Positions 9,235-19,674 of a DNA stretch of 64,000 nucleotides are shown here, piece after piece (position 1 is the stretch's first letter; each line of letters opens with the position of its first letter). Source of the DNA: an uncultured Nitrososphaerota archaeon (GTDB lineage: Archaea; Thermoproteota; Nitrososphaeria; Nitrososphaerales; Gagatemarchaeaceae); the NCBI GenBank assembly GCA_963718895.1, contig CAVRAG010000008.1:1376001-1440000 (forward strand). The letters are read 5' to 3'. The notes under the pieces are model-generated. The model was not told the DNA's origin and did not search any database. It was given only the letters and a program-made list of their open reading frames with translations. The translations under genes were made by a program, and so were the position numbers.

Positions 9235-10593
9235 TTGCAGGCAAAGGACTCTAGAATCGACACCGGCCTCCTGGAGCACATGTTCTTGGATTTCATGCAG
9301 ATGAAGGAATTCGCCAAAGATCCTGTCGTGATGAAGAGGGCCAGCGGCGTCTGGTATGAGGACATCTATGGCAAGAAGTATCTCGACGGAATCTCTGGAA
9401 TATTCACCGTAAACGTCGGCCACGGCAATCGGAGGGTGATCGAGGCAATGAAGGAGCAGCTTGAGGAGATGGCTTTCGCCCCTCCCCTTCACTCCACCAA
9501 CCTCCGGGCCCTTGAGCTGGCGAAACTCGTCTCGTCGCTCATGCCCGGGGACCTGCACACTCTGAAGTTCTTCAGTGGGGGTTCGGAATCCACCGAGGCT
9601 GCGATGAAGCTCGCGAGGCAGTATCACAAACAGACTGGGAATCCGGGGAAGTACAAGGTAATCTCGCGCTACGAATCCTATCATGGAGCCACGATGGGAT
9701 CGCTGGCCGCTTCGGGCGTCTCCAGGAGGAAGACCGCCTTCGAGCCGTTCGGAGCAGGCTATGTGCACGTCTTCCCGCCCACATGCTATCGCTGCCCCTA
9801 CGGCCTCCAATACCCCGAGTGCGGCATCCTCTGTGCAACCATCGTCGAGAAGGTGGTCAAGCAGGAAGATCCGTCGACGGTGTCCGCGATGATCCTAGAG
9901 CCTATCGGGAACACCGGGGGCGTCGTCACTCCTCCCTACGAATACTTCAAGATTATCAGAGAGATTTGTGATAAATATAACATACTCCTCATCCACGACG
10001 AAATAATCACTGGTTTCGGCAGGACCGGCGAGATGTTCGCCTCCCAGACCTTCAGGACAACCCCAGACATCATCTGCATGGGCAAGGGCATGTCGAGCGG
10101 ATACGCGCCGGTGGGCGCGATAGGAATAAGCGACAGAGTGGCGGAGGCGTTCTACGGCCGAGGGGAAGAGAACAGGCAGTTCAACCACGGGCACACCTTC
10201 GGAGCCAATCCCCTGTCCGCCGCCGCGGCAATCGCCAGCATAAGCGAGATCAAGGAGCGTGATCTCCCGGAGAAGGGAAAGAGGGCGGGTGAGAGGATCT
10301 GGCGCAGGCTGGAGGAACTCAAGAGTCTCGGGATAGTCGGTGACATTCGTGGCAAGGGGCTGTTCATAGGGGTGGAGTTCGTCAGGGAGCCCGCTACGAA
10401 GGAGCAGTTCGCCGAAGGCGTCAACCTCGGCCTCAGGATAGGCAAGGCCGCGCTCAAGAAAGGCCTGTTTCTCAGGAGCGATCCTCACTGGATTGCGTTC
10501 GCGCCTCCCCTGATCATCACGGATGAGGAAGTCGATACGATGATGGACATCTTCTCAGAATCGACGAGAGAGGTCCTCGCCACCGTAAAATGA
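9235..10593 (+). CDS. Class III (omega-amino acid) aminotransferase
   Basis: YLDGISG.FTVNVGHG, SGGSESTE, SYHGAT, LIHDEIITGFGRTG, MGKGMSSGY, GHTFGANP. TTG start chosen from the TTATATTA box at 9201. Confidence 0.93.
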   Translation: MQAKDSRIDTGLLEHMFLDFMQMKEFAKDPVVMKRASGVWYEDIYGKKYLDGISGIFTVNVGHGNRRVIEAMKEQLEEMAFAPPLHSTNLRALELAKLVSSLMPGDLHTLKFFSGGSESTEAAMKLARQYHKQTGNPGKYKVISRYESYHGATMGSLAASGVSRRKTAFEPFGAGYVHVFPPTCYRCPYGLQYPECGILCATIVEKVVKQEDPSTVSAMILEPIGNTGGVVTPPYEYFKIIREICDKYNILLIHDEIITGFGRTGEMFASQTFRTTPDIICMGKGMSSGYAPVGAIGISDRVAEAFYGRGEENRQFNHGHTFGANPLSAAAAIASISEIKERDLPEKGKRAGERIWRRLEELKSLGIVGDIRGKGLFIGVEFVREPATKEQFAEGVNLGLRIGKAALKKGLFLRSDPHWIAFAPPLIITDEEVDTMMDIFSESTREVLATVK

Positions 10594-10759
10594 CGGCGCT
10601 GTCCGAAGAGACGCCTCCGCGGACCGGCTGAGAGTCTTCGGCGCCAGGCGCGGTCAAGGCCTGGGTCACCCCGGTCGGAGCCGACATTGTCAAGTGAAAC
10701 CCCGGCGTTGAATCTTTAGCCGAGCATCTTTTTGTAACCGGCACAGGCTGGGTACCCCA

Positions 10760-11782
10760 TTGAAAGCGGTGGTCAAGCAGGCGCGAGGCGACGGCTTCGT
10801 CGAGCTTTGTGAGGTTCCGGAACCAGAGCTGGAGGATGGAAGCGTCATCCTGAGGGTCGGCGCGGCCGGAATCTGTGGCAGCGACATCCAGATACTGCAC
10901 GACCGCTTTCAGGGTTACATCGTCCCGGTCATCCTGGGCCATGAGTTCGCGGGGACGATAGAGAGCGTGGGTCGTGGTGTTTCAAACCTTGCACCGGGAG
11001 ATAGGGTCGTCTCAGAGACGCACGCAATAGTCTGCAACGAATGCGTCTACTGCCGCACCGGCATCTACAACCTCTGTCCCCAGAGAAAGGGGTTCGGATA
11101 TGGGACGAACGGCGCGTTTGCGAAGCTCGTCCGCGTCAGAAAGGCGATAGTCCACATACTGCCGGAGGAGATTCCGGTGAGGGAGGCCGCGCTTCTCGAG
11201 CCGGTGTCCGTCGCGCTAAACGCGCTGACCCGAAACTCGCACGTCTATCCTGGGGAGTCGGTTCTTGTCATCGGTCCGGGTCCGATAGGTTTGTTCTGCC
11301 TCCAGGTCGCGAGGCTCTCCGGAGGTCGGGTGACGGTCGTCGGAACAGAGCGAAGCAGGCCGCGCCTCGACCTTGCTTCACGGCTGGGTGCCGTGAGAAC
11401 CTTGGTCGACCGCGAGCTCGGCCAGGGAATCGAGGATGGCTCCCTTCGTAATTCGTTCGACGTCACCGTGGTCGCCGCCGGCAATGCGGCGTCCTTCGAA
11501 CTGGGTCTCAGGACGACGCGGGCTGGAGGCAGAGTTGTCTACGTCGGGGAGACCACGGAGAACGCGTCGTTCCCACTGTCTCTGATCGAAAGGAAGAACA
11601 TCACGGTCCACGGCTCTTTCAGTCACAACTGGCCGATCTGGGAGAGCGCGATCTCGCTTGTACAACATGGCTCGATAGACGTGCGCTCCCTGATCACTCA
11701 CGAATTCGGTCTCTCCGACTGGAGGACCGCGTTCGAGACGGCCGAGAGCAGAAAGGGCGCGAAGATTCTCCTGAAACCCTAG
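10760..11782 (+). CDS. Zinc-dependent alcohol/threonine dehydrogenase (MDR family)
   Basis: GICGSD, GHEFAG, CNECVYC...C structural Zn site, GPGPIG. Confidence 0.92.
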   Translation: MKAVVKQARGDGFVELCEVPEPELEDGSVILRVGAAGICGSDIQILHDRFQGYIVPVILGHEFAGTIESVGRGVSNLAPGDRVVSETHAIVCNECVYCRTGIYNLCPQRKGFGYGTNGAFAKLVRVRKAIVHILPEEIPVREAALLEPVSVALNALTRNSHVYPGESVLVIGPGPIGLFCLQVARLSGGRVTVVGTERSRPRLDLASRLGAVRTLVDRELGQGIEDGSLRNSFDVTVVAAGNAASFELGLRTTRAGGRVVYVGETTENASFPLSLIERKNITVHGSFSHNWPIWESAISLVQHGSIDVRSLITHEFGLSDWRTAFETAESRKGAKILLKP

Positions 11783-11804
11783 GAAGAGAACCACCCGGGA
11801 ATCT

Positions 11805-13130
11805 TCAGTACTTCAGGTGATACTGGGAGATGGCGAGCTCTGCCAACCCGACATCCTCGAGCGAGCGCAGCGGAGCCTGGATCGAGACCTGCACCATCCC
11901 CGGGAGCCGCGCAATCTCGACGGCACCGGTGATGGTCACCCTGTTCCTGACCTCCTCGACCGTCATTCCCAGAAGCTTCGCGGCCCTCAGGAACCCATCC
12001 TGGGCTGCGTCGTTGATGTTGGGTCCGGAGCCGAACACCTGGATCGGGGCGACTGGTTCTGGCTCGATCCCGAACCGCCTCGAGAGACTTCGGACGTTCT
12101 CCCATTCATCGCGTCTCCAGGGCCTGGCCAGCGGGGGAAGGTCCTGTTCGAGGGGGAAGAGCAGGGGGCCGTCGAGCGGGAGGCGCTTTATCACGGAGAC
12201 GCTGACTGTGCTCTCGGTGCTGACATCGGTCGTATGGCCCGCAACCTCACCGTCGCCTTCCATTGCGTGCCCGTCGCCTGCGTAGACACCCGCTCCCTTC
12301 ACCTTTACCGGTGCCACCAGGACGGCGCCTTCCTTGATCGCATCACAGTCGGTATGTCCGTCCGTCAGCTTTGACTTCCACTGTTCTCTGTCGAGCTTGT
12401 ACTGATGGGGCGCATCAATCAGGTAGTAGCCGAAGTCCTTCGCATTGTGCGAATCTGGCGTGTTCACGGCCGGGACGGTGCCCAACTGTCCCAGGAACGG
12501 GAACATCCTGGATGGAACCCCGACTATGTCGGCTACGCCGAAGGTCAGGATAGGTACCTGCTTTGAGTTCTTGGGAAGAGCGTGCCATGACCACGCCCTC
12601 TTTGCGATCTTCTCAGCGGTCCTCCTGTCGACTGTCACTCCGACGCCCGCCTTGTGGTCGAAGACCATCGTGTAGCCGTTGACCATCTTGAATGGAGATA
12701 TTGGAGTTCCGCATTTCTTGCAACGGATCGCCTCCTGGCCGATCCCTTCCACCACAAACTCCGGCCAGAGTTCCTTGCAGACGGGGCACTGTTTCGCCAC
12801 GTACGGGTCTCCGATGAAGCACCCCTCCCTTGACTCGTCGACGCCCACGCTCGCCGCTCTGGAGAGGACCCTGATCTTCTCCACCCTCAACGCGACCGCG
12901 TCTCCGACCTCCGCTCCCTCGATCGCCACCGGAGTGCAGACCTCGTGACCGCCCCGTATGGTGGGCGTTATCATCGGCCCCCAGCAACCCGGCGCAGTCT
13001 CGAAGACGATCCTTCCTCCATCCGCCAGCGGTCCGAGCATCCTGCTGGTCGGGCCTATGACCCCGTTCGTGAAGGTGTCGTCGTGGATTAGGTTTGCCGG
13101 CCTGGAACGTCTCGCCGTCCGGGTTTGCAT
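11805..13130 (-). CDS. Acetamidase/formamidase family protein with Cys4 insert
   Basis: GGHEVCTPVAIEGAEVGD, DGHTDCD, AGDGHAMEGDGEVAG; CPVC...CKKC insert. Confidence 0.9.
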   Translation of the reverse strand: MQTRTARRSRPANLIHDDTFTNGVIGPTSRMLGPLADGGRIVFETAPGCWGPMITPTIRGGHEVCTPVAIEGAEVGDAVALRVEKIRVLSRAASVGVDESREGCFIGDPYVAKQCPVCKELWPEFVVEGIGQEAIRCKKCGTPISPFKMVNGYTMVFDHKAGVGVTVDRRTAEKIAKRAWSWHALPKNSKQVPILTFGVADIVGVPSRMFPFLGQLGTVPAVNTPDSHNAKDFGYYLIDAPHQYKLDREQWKSKLTDGHTDCDAIKEGAVLVAPVKVKGAGVYAGDGHAMEGDGEVAGHTTDVSTESTVSVSVIKRLPLDGPLLFPLEQDLPPLARPWRRDEWENVRSLSRRFGIEPEPVAPIQVFGSGPNINDAAQDGFLRAAKLLGMTVEEVRNRVTITGAVEIARLPGMVQVSIQAPLRSLEDVGLAELAISQYHLKY

Positions 13131-13214
13131 GCGAGGAAATAGGCCCTCCGTTGTTTATCTACCTGTCGAGGGCGCTGGAGCAGCCGAGCCCTGCGAGCTG
13201 ATCTCTTGTTCTTT

Positions 13215-14585
13215 TCACCCGGCGGGGTTCTCTGCTTCCCGGTCGGAGACCTTCAGAGCCTCGTCCATCACGTCGATGGCGGTGTCCATCTGGTCCTTCG
13301 CTATGATGAGGGGAGGGGAGACGATGAGATGCGAGACGACACCCGTGTAGACGAAGACGCCCATGCCCATCATCTTCTCTGCAACCCTCTGGGTCATCAG
13401 GGTCTTCCCCCCGAGATAGTCCTCAGCGTAGTCGAACGGTTCCTTCGTCTTCCTGTTCTTTACGAGCTCTACAGCCCACAGGAGCCCTAGGCCGCGCACG
13501 TCCCCCACAGAGACGTGCCTCGCCTTCAGTTCTTCCAGCCTCTTGCCAAGGTACGCGCCTTGTTCCTTGGCCTTCGGGATGAGGTTCTCCTGCTGATACT
13601 CCTCGATCGCGGCGGTTCCCGCCGCCATTCCTAGGGGATGGGCGCTGAACGTCCCGGAGACCGGAAGCCAGTTCCGCTCGAAGAACTCCGCTATCTCGCC
13701 GCTCGTCGCCGTCAGCGACAGGGGGAACTGACCCCCTGTGATGCCCTTCGCCGTGGTCAGGATATCCGGCTTGACGCCCCAGTTGTTGACGGCGAACCAT
13801 TCTCCCGTCCTCCCCCAGCCGCACAGGACCTCGTCTGCGATCAGAAACGCGCCGTTCTTCTCGGTTATCTCCTTGACGCGTGGGAGGTACTCCTTCGGAG
13901 GGACGACCACGCCGCTCGCCCCGGTGACTGGTTCGAGGATCATCGCTCCCACGTTGCCTTCGTTCTTGATCGTGTAGTCGATGAACTCCGCGCATGCGAC
14001 GCCGCATTCAGGATACGTCAGGCCGAATGGGCACCTGTAGCAGTAGGGGTCTGGGACGTGGACCACGCCCGGAAATGCGCCTGTCGTCTCCACCGGGAAT
14101 CTTCGGGGACCCCCGGTGAGCTGGCTCGTCGCGGCCGTCCAGCCGTGGAAGGAGTTGTATCGCGAGACGATCTTTGTCTTGCCCTCCTTCTTGAAGAACG
14201 TCCTGACCATCCTGACGGCGGCCTCGTTCGCCTCGCTCCCGGAGTTGGCAAAGTTGTACTTTGTGAGGTTCTCGGGCAGTACCTCTTTCAGCTTCCTGGA
14301 GAATCTTGCACGGACGTCCGTCCCGAAGCCCACGCCGACGTAGGCGAGCTTGTCTGCCTGCTCCTTGATCGCGTCAATCACTCTCCTGTTGTTGTGACCG
14401 AGGTTGACCGCGGCGGGCTGCGAAGAGAAGTCGATGTACTTCCGGCCCTGTGCATCCTCAAGGAAGACTCCTTCCGCGCGGACCATGACCACGGGATTCC
14501 ATGTCGACTCCAGCCTGAAGCCGGAGTAGTTCGTGCTCTTCAGCAGATCTGCGTCGTCGTGTGACTGACCGTCAGGGAGCGTCAC
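13215..14585 (-). CDS. Class III aminotransferase (taurine/GABA/beta-alanine type)
   Basis: YIDFSSQ...NLGH, SGSEANE, SFHGWT, LIADEVLCGWGRTG, AKGITGG. Confidence 0.93.
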   Translation of the reverse strand: MTLPDGQSHDDADLLKSTNYSGFRLESTWNPVVMVRAEGVFLEDAQGRKYIDFSSQPAAVNLGHNNRRVIDAIKEQADKLAYVGVGFGTDVRARFSRKLKEVLPENLTKYNFANSGSEANEAAVRMVRTFFKKEGKTKIVSRYNSFHGWTAATSQLTGGPRRFPVETTGAFPGVVHVPDPYCYRCPFGLTYPECGVACAEFIDYTIKNEGNVGAMILEPVTGASGVVVPPKEYLPRVKEITEKNGAFLIADEVLCGWGRTGEWFAVNNWGVKPDILTTAKGITGGQFPLSLTATSGEIAEFFERNWLPVSGTFSAHPLGMAAGTAAIEEYQQENLIPKAKEQGAYLGKRLEELKARHVSVGDVRGLGLLWAVELVKNRKTKEPFDYAEDYLGGKTLMTQRVAEKMMGMGVFVYTGVVSHLIVSPPLIIAKDQMDTAIDVMDEALKVSDREAENPAG

Positions 14586-14740
14586 GGGAGCCCGAGAGGT
14601 CCGGCGAGTTAAATGCGTTCCGTTAGAGCGGGGATGTCCGCGCCGGCCAGGGAGGGTCGTGCAAGAGAGCGGGACAGTGTCAGGGAAGCCAATGGTCGCG
14701 ACGCGCGGTACCCATAAATGGGATATCGGCTATCTCGGCT

Positions 14741-15508
14741 GTGTCCTTGAAGCTGACCGACAAGGTGGCGATAGTGACGGGCGGAGGATTTGGAATAGGG
14801 AGGGGTGCGAGCCTGCTCTTCGCCTCCGAGGGGGCGAAGGTCGTCGTAGTGGACTGGAACGAGAAGACTGGAACCGAGACGCTGTCTCGTGTCAGCGACG
14901 TGGGTGAGGGAACGTTCATCAGGGCGGACGTGTCGCAGCTGAAGGACATAGACCGGGCGGTGTCCCAGACCGTTCAGAAGTACGGAAAGGTGGACATCCT
15001 TTTCAACAATGCCGGGGTCAACTGCTTCAAGTCGACTCTTCAGACGGAGGAGAGCGACTGGCAGCGCCTGGTCGACATCAACCTCAAGGGCGCGTTCTTC
15101 TTCGCCAAGTCCGTCGCCAGGCCCATGATGGAACGCGGCGGAGGGACGATACTGTTCACCTCATCCATAAGCGGGGTCAGCGGGGAAGACGATCAGGTGG
15201 CGTACTCAGCGACCAAGGGTGGCATAATCGCCCTGGTGACCGCGATGGCGAAGGACCTCGGCCGGTACAAGATTCGCGTGAACTGCCTCCTTCCAGGACC
15301 CATAGACACTCAGCAGTTCAGGGACTGGATGAGCTCCAAGGCCGACCCTGACCGGGGCTTCGCTGACGCGATCGACAGCACGATCCTGAAGAGGGTCGGG
15401 TTGCCCGTCGATGTCGCCAAGGCCGCGCTCTTCCTGGTCTCGGACGATGCATCCTGGGTTACAGGGATCGCGATGCCGGTCGACGGCGGCTACCTGGTCA
15501 GGCACTAG
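14741..15508 (+). CDS. Short-chain dehydrogenase/reductase
   Basis: TGGGFGIG, NNAG, YSATK, IRVN, VDGG. Confidence 0.93.
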   Translation: MSLKLTDKVAIVTGGGFGIGRGASLLFASEGAKVVVVDWNEKTGTETLSRVSDVGEGTFIRADVSQLKDIDRAVSQTVQKYGKVDILFNNAGVNCFKSTLQTEESDWQRLVDINLKGAFFFAKSVARPMMERGGGTILFTSSISGVSGEDDQVAYSATKGGIIALVTAMAKDLGRYKIRVNCLLPGPIDTQQFRDWMSSKADPDRGFADAIDSTILKRVGLPVDVAKAALFLVSDDASWVTGIAMPVDGGYLVRH

Positions 15509-15535
15509 TCCCACAGAGACTGAGCGGGAGAGAGC

Positions 15536-17131
15536 TCACTCCGGTGGGATTTCCTTGAAGACCAGCGAGATGTCCATCCCGCGCTTCTTGTGGTAGCTCT
15601 TCATCCCGAAGTAGAACACGAGCCCCAGGATGAATGCGCCGGTCACGGTCCCCAGCGTGATCGCCCCGAGCGGGCCTCCGACGGCGGGGTTGTCGAGGGC
15701 TGCGAACAGCATGATCGCGACGAAGGCGACGCTGTAGAGGCCTGTCACGGCGATGATCGGGATGCGACCGAGCCTCCTCTTGGCAGCATTGGGAGCGGAC
15801 TCGAAGAGGTCCTTCCTCTTGTAGACGAGGAAGACGCCGGCGAAGCCGTCCAGGATGATTGCGGGGAGGAAGAGGTACGTCAGATTGACCGCCCCGAGAT
15901 AGGCCGGTGTCACGACGTAGAAGAAGAGTGTGATCTCGGATATGACAGCGATCGTGATAATCGCAGTGACGGGGCTGTGGAACCTGTCACTCACCCTGCC
16001 GAGCGAAGCCGGGAAGACGCGGTCGAACGACCAAGCCAGGAAGTGGCGGGACGGGACGAGTATGAAGTTCGTGGCTATGAGATACGCCCAGCCGATTATC
16101 CCCAGCATAATCAGGATGTTGAGGTAGATGTTGCTGTTCACAATTGCGAGAAGCGTGTTCACGTACGGCGGCACGCTGAGCGGGTAGCTCGAAGAGCCAT
16201 TCCCGTACAGGTAGGATAGGCTCTGGATGAAGGAGCTGCCGAACGCCCTCTCGGCCAGATATGCTACGAGGGCAAAGAAGCCTGCCGCGTAGACTATGGA
16301 GCCGATGATCGCCGCGGTCATCGTCTTGGTAACCCGCTTCAGCTCACCTGAATAGTAGGTGGAGCTCTGGTAGCCGTTCATCGAGAACCAGCTGAGCGGC
16401 AGGGACAACAGCGTTGGGATTATCAGGTTCTGGGGTATCACCCGGCCGGCCGAGGTTGCGTTCGAGATGGCCGACTGGTAGGCGTTCGCACCCGCGAAGG
16501 TGTTGAATGCGGAGGAGAATGAGCTCTGGTTGACCACTAGAAGCGACCCCACGAGCGTGAGGAACGCCAGCGTCCCTAGGACGAAGAAGACCCGGTTTGC
16601 TCTGAGGACGTTCTTCGTCCCGGTTATCGCGACGATGGTCACGAACAGGATCAGCAGTGAACCTGTGATGAAGCCGCTCGTTGAGGTCGAGAGGCTGGAG
16701 GCCAGATTCGCTAGCCCGGTGTTGTGCGTCACCGCCGCGTAGCTGGTGAGTGGGCCGGCAATGCCGACCGGGATCGCGATAGAGCCGATGTAACCCAGAT
16801 TGAATATCATGGCAACGACGAAGATCATGCTCATCGCCATTCCCAGGGCAGGGTTCACCATCCTGCTGAGGGAGACGTAGGAACCGCTCGCGCTTCTCGG
16901 CAGGACGGAGCTGATCTGGAGGTAGAAGTATCCGTGCACCGCCGCCAGGAGTCCCATCAAGAGGAACGAGCCTGAGACACTGACCCCGGGGAAGAGGCTC
17001 CACTCGCCTGTGAAGATTGGAATGAACGTCGGTCCGACGATGAATCCTAGAGAGAGAATTATTGTGTCTAACGGGCCGATTTCCCGAATGAGTCCTGTTG
17101 CTTCCCTAAGGAAGACGACGGGCTTTGCCAA
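15536..17131 (-). CDS. APC-superfamily amino acid/amine permease (archaeal type)
   Basis: VFLREATGLIREIG start, LPRSASGSYV, RHFLAWSFDRVFP, C-terminal FKEIPPE, about 12 TMs. Confidence 0.92.
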   Translation of the reverse strand: MAKPVVFLREATGLIREIGPLDTIILSLGFIVGPTFIPIFTGEWSLFPGVSVSGSFLLMGLLAAVHGYFYLQISSVLPRSASGSYVSLSRMVNPALGMAMSMIFVVAMIFNLGYIGSIAIPVGIAGPLTSYAAVTHNTGLANLASSLSTSTSGFITGSLLILFVTIVAITGTKNVLRANRVFFVLGTLAFLTLVGSLLVVNQSSFSSAFNTFAGANAYQSAISNATSAGRVIPQNLIIPTLLSLPLSWFSMNGYQSSTYYSGELKRVTKTMTAAIIGSIVYAAGFFALVAYLAERAFGSSFIQSLSYLYGNGSSSYPLSVPPYVNTLLAIVNSNIYLNILIMLGIIGWAYLIATNFILVPSRHFLAWSFDRVFPASLGRVSDRFHSPVTAIITIAVISEITLFFYVVTPAYLGAVNLTYLFLPAIILDGFAGVFLVYKRKDLFESAPNAAKRRLGRIPIIAVTGLYSVAFVAIMLFAALDNPAVGGPLGAITLGTVTGAFILGLVFYFGMKSYHKKRGMDISLVFKEIPPE

Positions 17132-17314
17132 CCTTACAAACTACGGTTAGAATATATTTAAAGTTATAGATTATGCCACTCTACATATGTTATGCTGTAA
17201 TTAGTTTATGTCCTCGGAGGCAAGACCGCCACCGCTGCCTGGGCGAGATGTACGCGCTCGGCGGCCAGGGCGAGGCCGTCCGGTCGGCCATAACCTAATT
17301 ATAACGCGGGCCCG

Positions 17315-18802
17315 TTGGTTTCAGTCGTGGTCGCCCGGCAGAAAAGAGCTCGACCGACTTCGCAGAAGAGTCCTGTCTACGTCTACATCTGGTTCGACAT
17401 CGAGGATTACGTGACCGAAGAGTCTGACGACCTTCCTCTCGTCGCGCTGTCGATACTCGATAAGCATGGCGCACGCGCCACGTGCAAGATGGTCGCGGAG
17501 AAGGTCCGTGTCCTCCTCGAACGGAACAGGTCGGATGTGATCTCGGCGATATCGGCCCACGACGTGGGCTATCACCTGGACACCCACAGCAGGCACCCGA
17601 CGGTCTACGAGTATCTCTCGGGCAAGGACACACTGGACGGCGCGAGGGAGTTCGAGGAGAGGGAGCGGGCGGGTCTGGCATTAGTTGAGAAGACGTTCGG
17701 CAGAAGCTCCTCTTGCTTCGGACACCCGGGTCCTGCGTGGGGTCCCCACTACTATCCGGCGATGCAGAGCATGGGCATCCCTGTCTACCTCGACGAGACC
17801 CCAATCGTCAACCTAGGCAACCAGCCTTACTGGTATTGCGGCGTGCTGAACCTCAACGGGGCCAACGAGAACTTCGTCAAGTTCGACTACACCTTCGAGA
17901 GTCCCAAGGGGATAACGAAACTCAAGGAGCAGTTTGAGGAAATCCACGGGAGGCTGGAGAGGGGACAGGGAGGGTGCATCAGCTTCCTCTTCCACCTTCA
18001 CACAGCCATAAACAAGGAGTTCTGGGATGCGGTGAACTTCGTCCACGGCCAGAACAGGACGAAGGAGGAGTACGCCCGTCCACCCCCGCAGCCGCTCGAG
18101 GTGACCGAACGCGCGTGGAGGGACTTCGACGAGATGATCGGGTTCATGTCGTCGTTCGAAGACGTCCGTTTCATTACGGCGTCTGACGCCCGGAGGATCT
18201 ACCGAAGGAGGAGACCTTCCTATGACCGAGAGTTGGTGGAGTCGACCTTGGAGAAGCTCGGGAAGGGCGTGAAGTACGTGAGCGTGAAGGATGACTTCGC
18301 TTCGCCCTCGGAGCTCTTCTACGTGATCGTCAAGTGCCTCTCGTCGATCTCCAGGACCGGGAAGCTTCCTGTGAGCATCCGGCCCAGGGAACCCCTAGGC
18401 CCTGCCGCGACCAGGGATCCGAGCCCCCCCCCGAGAGTCGAGGTCAAGGAGCTAATCTCCGTGTCTGTGAGACTCGCCGCCGAGATGGACAAGACGGGGA
18501 GGCTCCCCTCGCTGGTTCGGCTCGGGGACGGCACAGAGCTCTCCACCTCCGACTTCATGATGACCTCGGCGAAGATTCTGAGGTCCTTCCTGGCGGGGAG
18601 ACCTCTTCCCACTGCGACGGGAGTGGTGAGGTCAGAGTTCCTCCAGTCGAGGTTCGTGGACGCCGAAGCCTTTCGGACCGCCTGCCGGTGGCCCGTCCTC
18701 CCGGATGGGTTCACGGCGCCGCGAATCCTCCAGGAAATCACCCTGCAGACCTGGACCCTTCGGCCCGCCGTAGCGCGGGCACCGCAGGCAGCCCGGCCAT
18801 GA
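17315..18802 (+). CDS. Polysaccharide-deacetylase-fold (NodB/CE4-like) protein with C-terminal helical repeats
   Basis: WFDIEDY, ATCKMVAEK, DVGYHLDTHSRHP metal motif, FLFH. Confidence 0.72.
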   Translation: MVSVVVARQKRARPTSQKSPVYVYIWFDIEDYVTEESDDLPLVALSILDKHGARATCKMVAEKVRVLLERNRSDVISAISAHDVGYHLDTHSRHPTVYEYLSGKDTLDGAREFEERERAGLALVEKTFGRSSSCFGHPGPAWGPHYYPAMQSMGIPVYLDETPIVNLGNQPYWYCGVLNLNGANENFVKFDYTFESPKGITKLKEQFEEIHGRLERGQGGCISFLFHLHTAINKEFWDAVNFVHGQNRTKEEYARPPPQPLEVTERAWRDFDEMIGFMSSFEDVRFITASDARRIYRRRRPSYDRELVESTLEKLGKGVKYVSVKDDFASPSELFYVIVKCLSSISRTGKLPVSIRPREPLGPAATRDPSPPPRVEVKELISVSVRLAAEMDKTGRLPSLVRLGDGTELSTSDFMMTSAKILRSFLAGRPLPTATGVVRSEFLQSRFVDAEAFRTACRWPVLPDGFTAPRILQEITLQTWTLRPAVARAPQAARP

Positions 18803-18834
18803 CCCAGGCGGAGCGGAGGGCGGAGGCCGATCGG

Positions 18835-19635
18835 TCAGCCAAGCGTGTATCCCCCGTCGACTACCAGTGCATGCCCTATCACGAAGGAGGAACGCGGAGA
18901 GGCCAAGAACAGGGCCGTCTGCGCGACCTCCTCAGGTCTTCCAAGCCGCCCGATCGGCTGTCTTCCGACCCACATCCTCCTGGCCGCCTCCGGGTCGGGC
19001 TCCGTCATCAGCTCCCTCTCGATCATCGGCGTCTGGATCGGACCGGGGCAGATGCAGTTCACGCGGATGTTATGACGGATTTGTTCGAGCGCCATCGTCT
19101 TCGTAAGTAGCACGACTCCTCCCTTGGAGGCGCAGTAGGTGGCGAAGTTCTCGAGCCCGACCAGCCCCAGCTGCGACGCCATGTTCACTATCACCCCTCC
19201 TCCCCTCTTGACCATCTCCGGGACCGCGTATCTCGAGACGAGGAAGACGCCCTTCAGGTTCGTGTCGAGCACCCTGTCCCACTCCTCTTCGGTCGTCTCG
19301 GTCATCGGCTTCAGTAGCTCCACCCCGGCATTGTTGCACAGGATGTCTACGCCTCCGAATCTCTCCGACGCCGCACCGACCAGCCTCCGGGCGTCTTTGT
19401 CGCTTCGGACATCGGCCTTCACGTGCCAGGCCGCGCCCCCTGCCCTGGTAATCGAACCTGCCGTCGTGCCTTCGGTGATGTCGGCGATTACCACGCTCGC
19501 CCCCTCTGCGGCGAAGAGTTCGGAGATCGCCCTTCCTATCCCTGAATCTCCCCCGGTCACTATGGCTACCTTTCCCGAGAGCTCCAATTCTTTCACGCAG
19601 ACCAATCGGGCCGCGTCGATATTTGACTTTCCCAT
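18835..19635 (-). CDS. Short-chain dehydrogenase/reductase
   Basis: TGGDSGIG, NNAG, YCASK, IRVNCICPG. Confidence 0.93.
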   Translation of the reverse strand: MGKSNIDAARLVCVKELELSGKVAIVTGGDSGIGRAISELFAAEGASVVIADITEGTTAGSITRAGGAAWHVKADVRSDKDARRLVGAASERFGGVDILCNNAGVELLKPMTETTEEEWDRVLDTNLKGVFLVSRYAVPEMVKRGGGVIVNMASQLGLVGLENFATYCASKGGVVLLTKTMALEQIRHNIRVNCICPGPIQTPMIERELMTEPDPEAARRMWVGRQPIGRLGRPEEVAQTALFLASPRSSFVIGHALVVDGGYTLG

Positions 19636-19674
19636 CTCACCCTAAGGACGGCCCCGGGCCGGTGGGCCTGGCGG

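Noticed and set aside
17161-17210. TGTTATGCT / CTACAT words shared with intergenic DNA at ~6120 and ~8995
   Set aside because: Short matches in AT-rich promoter DNA with inconsistent spacing; cannot be distinguished from chance by eye.
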